From assembly GCA_950097015.1 (NCBI GenBank), contig CATNEN010000025.1, forward strand, positions 7,192,001 through 7,256,000: a stretch of 64,000 nucleotides of DNA, written 5' to 3'. This DNA is from Macrostomum hystrix (taxonomy: Eukaryota > Animalia > Platyhelminthes). Below are positions 55,901-64,000 of the stretch, piece by piece. The notes under the pieces are model-generated. The model saw nothing but the letters and a program-made list of their open reading frames with translations. It was not told the DNA's origin and made no database searches. Made by a program: the position numbers and the translations under genes. Position 1 is the first letter of the stretch, and the number at the start of each line of letters is the position of its first letter.

Positions 55901-58900
55901 GCAGTGGCGAGTCTCAATTAGGTCAGACTTGCCGCAACCAACGGCTTGTTTGGCTCCGCGATGGCCCTCCTGCAGCAGCTGTCGGGTCCGGTGGCTGACG
56001 CCCTCGCCGCAGCTTACAGAGCAGGCGGACCAGGCCGACCACTCGGTATAGAGGCGCTGGCAAGTGAGGTCAGGCTGGCAGGTAGGCTGGCCATTGAGGC
56101 AGACTGGCTTGTAGCTGAAGTGAAATTTGGTGGTGATTCGCTAGGCCTGGATTTCGGTAATGTACTCTTAGTTTGGGAGCTGATCACCTTTTGATGCGAG
56201 CAATACGAAATTTAGTCATACAAAAAAATCGATGGATTTCAACTCTGAACTCACCAAGCCGAGCACTTGATTGCATTTGTTGAACACGCGCACTTACTAG
56301 TCGCAACGCACTGACCTCTGGGATCCATTACTTGACCCTTGGGGCATAGGCAACCGCTAAGGCACGCGTCGGTCTGTGAGCAGAGAGTCTTCGTGTTAGC
56401 TCCGGCTGAGCATGCCACATCGCAGCCAGTGGCATTGTGGCAAGCGCTGTGAATTTGACCGCTAGAACAAGCGGCTCGCGCAGGTCGCAGCTGGCAAGGC
56501 TGCAGCTCTCGGTCGGCACCGGGGCAGCTGCCAATCGGCTGGCGGCGCCGCTCTCGCACGCCAATATCGTTTCCAGCGCCGCCAGTGCAGTTGCTCCATG
56601 GCGCCCAACTTGACCAGGCGCAGCCAGGACAGGGCTCCAGGCCGCATACCTGCGTGTCCGTGAAACCTGCTGATTGGCAAGCGGCACCGTCGCCAACCGC
56701 CGGCTTGTAAACCGTTCGGCGTCGTGTCTGCAACCCTCCACCGCAGGTAACGCTGCAAGCAGCCCACGGCTGCCAGGCACTCCATTGACAGTCGCTCGGA
56801 CAGCGCTGAAGCTGGCAAGCGAAGCCACCGTCTTTGCAGGTGCAGTGAAGACAGCCAACCTTCAGCACGGTTCCGCTCTCAAGTCTATCGCCATCGTTCA
56901 CCACTTCCAGAGCATTGGAGAGGCCAGGCTTGCCGTCTCGCTCCACCCACATCTCGGCGTGATAATAGTCGTCTGTTAGAATCCACTGCAGCTTGGCTCT
57001 ACTGTAAACACAGTAGCAATCCACACCTGAGCAAGCTCGAGACTCGTTTGCATGTCCTGATACGGCGCAGGCGGGTCCACTGCACTGACGGAAGCGGTAC
57101 TGCTTGCCTTCGCCGCAGTGCGCGCTGCAGTTTGACCAGGTTGTCCACGTAGACCATGAAGCCAGCGAGCTGTCCTGACCTCCAACACAGGTTGTCTTGC
57201 CGGAAGTGCATGTGCAGTTGCTGCCACCGACCAGCACCCAGCCGCTAGTTGTTTGTGAAACGGCAAGCGTGGTAGCTGAGACAGAAATAGGCCTTGAAGG
57301 CGTTGTCTGGAGGGCGCCAGGAGCGCCTGATGAGGCACGCGGCCCGGCTGGTGGGCCTCCTGGGAACTGTGGCGCGACTGGCTTGATCGTCGATGGCCTC
57401 GTGGATGTTTGCGAATGCTGGCTTGACCCGCTTGTGTGACGACTTGTGATGCTTGGCATGGATCGAGTAGTTGGTGTTGAGCGCTTAGTAAACTGAGAAG
57501 GCTTCTGAGTTGTTAGCAGAGCAGGCAGGTTTGGCAGCGTAGGAATGAACAAGTTAACGCGATCATCAGCAGCTGTTCCGCGATGTCTAGCTGCCTGACT
57601 GGACATCATATCTGGCTTCCTTGTGGTTGTAACAGCGGACACAGCGGCCGTATGAGGGCCGGCTGGAACTGGCTGAAGGCCAGGCCGGTTGACTGGGGTC
57701 TGTTCTTTAGGCTGCTTTGTTGAAGATTTAACTGGGTCAGCAGGTCCTGAAGGGCGAGTCACGGATGGATTCAATGGTTTCACCTCGGGCTTTGCGATCG
57801 GATTGAAAGAGGTGCCTCCAGGTAGACGGAAAACTGGTTGAGCAGGGTTGAACTGACCGAAGCTACTTCCGCCGGGCGGGCGGAACGCTGGTGGAGGCCT
57901 AAACTGGCCAGGCAGTTGCAATGCCGGACTGCGCACTGCTGGAACTGGCAATCGGAACCGGGGCGGAGGGCGGAACGCAAAATGTTGGTAAAATCCGCGA
58001 TTGCCGCCATGCATCGGAGGAGGCGGTACTGGTAGTCGCATGATGCTGTGCGGTGGTGTAACGCGGAATGCAGCTAGTGTGTTTGGCTTGAATGGGGCCT
58101 GTCCAGGAGCGACGAAGTTCTTCACAGTGAAGCTACCAAACGATCCTTTCGTCACGCCAGCAAAAAACGCCGCTGGAGTGGCGACGTTGGATGGCGCGAC
58201 GGGACTTGCCTTACCAGAAGCAGTCGTGGTTACGGAGGCTGCCGCGGTCGTGGTCGATACGGCAGCTGAAGTAGAAGTCGATGCTGCTCTTGAAGTAGAT
58301 CCTGGCGGTAGCACGGGTATCAAAAGATTCAGGCCATCAGGGGCAGCAGTTCCACGAATTCTGGCCGGTGTCGTCGCCGATGAGGTCGAAGTTGTTGAGT
58401 GGGTCTTGATAGTCGTAGTCACCACACCCACAGGTAGCTTCGGTATAAGCATGCCGACGCGATCCGGTGCTGCTGTACCTCTGATGCGTGGAGGCAGCGG
58501 GCTGGACGAAGGTGGAGTACTGAGGCTGACGACTCCGCTAGCCCCTGACGACTTTTGTAGACCCAAGCTGAGAGCCGAAGTAGTAATGACTCCGCCACTC
58601 AGTACTGTTGGCAGAGCTGGAATCAGCAGATTAAGATCCGGGATGAGCATCGACATGCGATCCGGAGCGGCGGTGCCGCGAATGCGAGCAGCCTGGCTGG
58701 ACATGAAAAAAATCGAGCTGCTGGCTTTAGCGCCTGGCGTTGTTGTTCCATTCAAACTAATTGTTATGGTCGTCGGCGATAGTCCTGGGCAGCGACACTG
58801 CGATTGTGGCACACACCTGCCGTCCTGCAGGTAATAACCAGGCTTGCAGAAACACCCGGGCACACAGGCAGACGACATGACACATGAAGAAAGTTCGGAC

Positions 58901-61900
58901 AGGTGGCCACAAGTGAGCGGACAGTGATTAGAGCAGTTCGTCCAGGCTGCGTTAGGATCCTTGCACACTAAAACATATTCGGAGTTAGATCATTTAGTTG
59001 GCAGGCAAAACGGTTTCGTGCCAGCGATTTAAAATCGCAGATTTTTTTCTAACAGAACTTACAGCACTTTTCGGCATTCGGACACCAACGAGACTCCGGT
59101 TTTACGATCATTTTGCAGAAACTAGACAAGACGACTCCGCGCGGCTCTCGCTTTCGCTCGGAAAGCAAAGTGTTGCACTGGCCCAAGCATGGACTCCAAG
59201 GACCCCATTCACCAAGGTTGCACTCGTCTTCTGAAAGAAAAATATTGCAGTTGCTTTCGATGCCTGATCGTATGCACCAGTCAAGAAAACGAAGGCACTC
59301 ACTTTGACATCTTCGAATAAAGCACGGCTGACGTTCCACCTGGTTGAAGCACTTCTCCAGTGTTGTCAAGTTTCCTGTTTCAAACACATCCCGGAAGCTA
59401 GGACGGCAAATTTTCATGCGACTTCTAAAACCACCGTCACAATCGGAGGAACAGTTCGACCAAGATGACCACGAAGAACAATCATAAAGTGGCTCCCATG
59501 ACCTTTTGCGGCACATACTAAAAATTATATGTTAAAACGAAGCATATTTGCACTACACATAACATATACGACCCAATTACAAAAAAGCGATACGACAATA
59601 ATATTATTAAAGAAAACTTACTGGTAGTTACAACTCCGGTCTCCAAAAGTTAAAATCGATCCCTCCGAAAAAGTCGATCCATTAAACGAACAATTCCTAC
59701 AAGGCTCCTGGCATGAAACAACGTCAACATTCAGCATCGATGAAAAAACGACAGAAACTGAAACAAAAACAAACTTCGGCAGCTTCGGCAGCTCTGGCAG
59801 TGCCACGTTCTCTAGATCGCTCGGTCGCAGTGCACTTCCTGGTCGAGGCGTCACCTTGTTCACCTGCACGTACTTCTCTGGCTTGTCCTCGTCGCCGACA
59901 AACACGGTCACCTCGCTCACCGAGTCGGGAGTGCTGCTCGAGAGCACCACCTTCATCAGGCTGGCAGTATTTGGCAGTTTAGTTACATCGAAGGTCAGCT
60001 GAGTAACACTACCAGGCTGAACAGGTAGTCCGCGACCTCCAGGCAGCACCTCGTTTCTCTCACCGACTGGGACCTCCTTCTTCTCTGGCAGTTTCTCGAC
60101 TCTGGTCAGGGCGCTGCGTGGCAGCTCGCCGCTCTCAAACAGTTTCACACTTTTGCGCAGGCACTGGGCCGGTCGTCTGGTTGTGGTGGTCGCAGGCACA
60201 GGCGTTGTGGTCGTCTTTCCTCCCGCCGCCGGCAGAGATGGCATCGGGAAGGTGAGCTTCTCAGCAGCTGGTGTTCCGCGCGATCTGCCAGACGTGCTGG
60301 CTGCAGCGCGTGTTGTAGTCGTCAAAACGGTGGTCTTCGGCTCGTGACAGGCCTTTAGCTCAGCCTTGATTTTGGTCGCCTTGCCGGGCTGCGTCTTCAC
60401 TGTGACGCGAACAAACTTCGGCAGCTTCGGCAGCTCTGGCAGTGCCACGTTCTCTAGATCGCTCGGTCGCAGTGCACTTCCTGGTCGAGGCGTCACCTTG
60501 TTCACCTGCACGTACTTCTCTGGCTTGTCCTCGTCGCCGACAAACACGGTCACCTCGCTCACCGAGTCGGGAGTGCTGCTCGAGAGCACCACCTTCATCA
60601 GGCTGGCAGTATTTGGCAGTTTAGTTACATCGAAGGTCAGCTGAGTAACACTACCAGGCTGAACAGGTAGTCCGCGACCTCCAGGCAGCACCTCGTTTCT
60701 CTCACCGACTGGGACCTCCTTCTTCTCTGGCAGTTTCTCGACTCTGGTCAGGGCGCTGCGTGGCAGCTCGCCGCTCTCAAACAGTTTCACACTCTTGCGC
60801 AGGCACTGGGCCGGTCGTCTGGTTGTGGTGGTCGCAGGCACAGGCGTTGTGGTCGTCTTTCCTCCCGCCGCCGGCAGAGATGGCATCGGGAAGGTGAGCT
60901 TCTCAGCAGCTGGTGTTCCGCGCGATCTGCCAGACGTGCTGGCTGCAGCGCGTGTTGTAGTCGTCAAAACGGTGGTCTTCGGCTCGTGACAGGCCTTTAG
61001 CTCAGCCTTGATTTTGGTCGCCTTGCCGGGCTGCGTCTTCACTGTGACGCGAACAAACTTCGGCAGCTTCGGCAGCTCTGGCAGTGCCACGTTCTCTAGA
61101 TCGCTCGGTCGCAGTGCACTTCCTGGTCGAGGCGTCACCTTGTTCACCTGCACGTACTTCTCTGGCTTGTCCTCGTCGCCGACAAACACGGTCACCTCGC
61201 TCACCGAGTCGGGAGTGCTGCTCGAGAGCACCACCTTCATCAGGCTGGCAGTATTTGGCAGTTTAGTTACATCGAAGGTCAGCTGAGTAACACTACCAGG
61301 CTGAACAGGTAGTCCGCGACCTCCAGGCAGCACCTCGTTTCTCTCACCGACTGGGACCTCCTTCTTCTCTGGCAGTTTCTCGACTCTGGTCAGGGCGCTG
61401 CGTGGCAGCTCGCCGCTCTCAAACAGTTTCACACTTTTGCGCAGGCACTGGGCCGGTCGTCTGGTTGTGGTGGTCGCAGGCACAGGCGTTGTGGTCGTCT
61501 TTCCTCCCGCCGCCGGCAGAGATGGCATCGGGAAGGTGAGCTTCTCAGCAGCTGGTGTTCCGCGCGATCTGCCAGACGTGCTGGCTGCAGCGCGTGTTGT
61601 AGTCGTCAAAACGGTGGTCTTCGGCTCGTGACAGGCCTTTAGCTCAGCCTTGATTTTGGTCGCCTTGCCGGGCTGCGTCTTCACTGTGACGCGAACAAAC
61701 TTCGGCAGCTTCGGCAGCTCTGGCAGTGCCACGTTCTCTAGATCGCTCGGTCGCAGTGCACTTCCTGGTCGAGGCGTCACCTTGTTCACCTGCACGTACT
61801 TCTCTGGCTTGTCCTCGTCGCCGACAAACACGGTCACCTCGCTCACCGAGTCGGGAGTGCTGCTCGAGAGCACCACCTTCATCAGGCTGGCAGTATTTGG

Positions 61901-64000
61901 CAGTTTAGTTACATCGAAGGTCAGCTGAGTAACACTACCAGGCTGAACAGGTAGTCCGCGACCTCCAGGCAGCACCTCGTTTCTCTCACCGACTGGGACC
62001 TCCTTCTTCTCTGGCAGTTTCTCGACTCTGGTCAGGGCGCTGCGTGGCAGCTCGCCGCTCTCAAACAGTTTCACACTCTTGCGCAGGCACTGGGCCGGTC
62101 GTCTGGTTGTGGTGGTCGCAGGCACAGGCGTTGTGGTCGTCTTTCCTCCCGCCGCCGGCAGAGATGGCATCGGGAAGGTGAGCTTCTCAGCAGCTGGTGT
62201 TCCGCGCGATCTGCCAGACGTGCTGGCTGCAGCGCGTGTTGTAGTCGTCAAAACGGTGGTCTTCGGCTCGTGACAGGCCTTTAGCTCAGCCTTGATTTTG
62301 GTCGCCTTGCCGGGCTGCGTCTTCACTGTGACGCGAACAAACTTCGGCAGCTTCGGCAGCTCTGGCAGTGCCACGTTCTCTAGATCGCTCGGTCGCAGTG
62401 CACTTCCTGGTCGAGGCGTCACCTTGTTCACCTGCACGTACTTCTCTGGCTTGTCCTCGTCGCCGACAAACACGGTCACCTCGCTCACCGAGTCGGGAGT
62501 GCTGCTCGAGAGCACCACCTTCATCAGGCTGGCAGTATTTGGCAGTTTAGTTACATCGAAGGTCAGCTGAGTAACACTACCAGGCTGAACAGGTAGTCCG
62601 CGACCTCCAGGCAGCACCTCGTTTCTCTCACCGACTGGGACCTCCTTCTTCTCTGGCAGTTTCTCGACTCTGGTCAGGGCGCTGCGTGGCAGCTCGCCGC
62701 TCTCAAACAGTTTCACACTCTTGCGCAGGCACTGGGCCGGTCGTCTGGTTGTGGTGGTCGCAGGCACAGGCGTTGTGGTCGTCTTTCCTCCCGCCGCCGG
62801 CAGAGATGGCATCGGGAAGGTGAGCTTCTCAGCAGCTGGTGTTCCGCGCGATCTGCCAGACGTGCTGGCTGCAGCGCGTGTTGTAGTCGTCAAAACGGTG
62901 GTCTTCGGCTCGTGACAGGCCTTTAGCTCAGCCTTGATTTTGGTCGCCTTGCCGGGCTGCGTCTTCACTGTGACGCGAACAAACTTCGGCAGCTTCGGCA
63001 GCTCTGGCAGTGCCACGTTCTCTAGATCGCTCGGTCGCAGTGCACTTCCTGGTCGAGGCGTCACCTTGTTCACCTGCACGTACTTCTCTGGCTTGTCCTC
63101 GTCGCCGACAAACACGGTCACCTCGCTCACCGAGTCGGGAGTGCTGCTCGAGAGCACCACCTTCATCAGGCTGGCAGTATTTGGCAGTTTAGTTACATCG
63201 AAGGTCAGCTGAGTAACACTACCAGGCTGAACAGGTAGTCCGCGACCTCCAGGCAGCACCTCGTTTCTCTCACCGACTGGGACCTCCTTCTTCTCTGGCA
63301 GTTTCTCGACTCTGGTCAGGGCGCTGCGTGGCAGCTCGCCGCTCTCAAACAGTTTCACACTCTTGCGCAGGCACTGGGCCGGTCGTCTGGTTGTGGTGGT
63401 CGCAGGCACAGGCGTTGTGGTCGTCTTTCCTCCCGCCGCCGGCAGAGATGGCATCGGGAAGGTGAGCTTCTCAGCAGCTGGTGTTCCGCGCGATCTGCCA
63501 GACGTGCTGGCTGCAGCGCGTGTTGTAGTCGTCAAAACGGTGGTCTTCGGCTCGTGACAGGCCTTTAGCTCAGCCTTGATTTTGGTCGCCTTGCCGGGCT
63601 GCGTCTTCACTGTGACGCGAACAAACTTCGGCAGCTTCGGCAGCTCTGGCAGTGCCACGTTCTCTAGATCGCTCGGTCGCAGTGCACTTCCTGGTCGAGG
63701 CGTCACCTTGTTCACCTGCACGTACTTCTCTGGCTTGTCCTCGTCGCCGACAAACACGGTCACCTCGCTCACCGAGTCGGGAGTGCTGCTCGAGAGCACC
63801 ACCTTCATCAGGCTGGCAGTATTTGGCAGTTTAGTTACATCGAAGGTCAGCTGAGTAACACTACCAGGCTGAACAGGTAGTCCGCGACCTCCAGGCAGCA
63901 CCTCGTTTCTCTCACCGACTGGGACCTCCTTCTTCTCTGGCAGTTTCTCGACTCTGGTCAGGGCGCTGCGTGGCAGCTCGCCGCTCTCAAACAGTTTCAC
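52957..64000 (-). CDS. Giant secreted mucin/SCO-spondin-like glycoprotein, C-terminal part; exons >64000-59622, 59517-59063, 58967-56255, 56114-55806, 55602-55361, 55244-54569, 54464-54241, about 54102-53899, about 53570-53430, about 53340-52957
   Basis: Many TSP1 motifs (WSxWSxCSxxCG..R.R.R), TIL domains (CPLTC..C..C..GCFC), VWC-like segments, a Pro/Thr/Ser-rich region and a C-terminal cystine knot (C..CRGHC..CTGC..CRC) ending in TGA at 52957-52959. The larger joins are GT-AG and in phase. Confidence 0.85.
59760..64000 (-). repeat. 642-bp (214-aa) near-perfect coding tandem repeat, at least 6.6 copies
   Basis: Track ORFs recur at a 642-bp period (60153, 60795, 61437, 62079, 62721, 63363); the only difference noticed between full copies is synonymous CACTTTTGC vs CACTCTTGC. 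Confidence 0.95.

Noticed and set aside
60153-63854. Repeated short plus-strand ORFs
   Set aside because: Antisense shadows of the 642-bp coding repeat.

Overview
Eukaryotic, intron-rich metazoan genomic DNA. The gene set, GC-rich exons and dense minisatellites suggest a free-living flatworm such as Macrostomum, but that is inference. Host genes, with exons joined by hand: (1) a secreted PUD-1/PUD-2-domain gene (minus, 1-1213, cut by the window edge); (2) a cytoplasmic intermediate filament gene (plus, 2562-12823) whose 5' exons are not in the window and which has two alternative 3' ends; (3) synaptobrevin/VAMP (minus, 13871-16397); (4) PHTF (plus, 30643-41756); (5) a very large secreted mucin/SCO-spondin-like gene (minus, 52957 to beyond 64000) with TSP1, TIL, VWC-like and cystine-knot modules and at least 6.6 near-identical 214-aa repeats. 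Mobile DNA: a degenerate Helitron; a complete 8.7-kb Mutator-like element with 10-bp TSD whose spliced transposase reads PHD-OTU protease-DDE; a full-length LOA-type LINE with RNase H, 13-bp TSD and one premature stop; three tRNA-derived SINE families; a 103-bp hAT MITE. About 18 tandem repeats account for most of the long low-complexity ORFs in the ORF track. No CRISPR array or true tRNA/rRNA gene was found.
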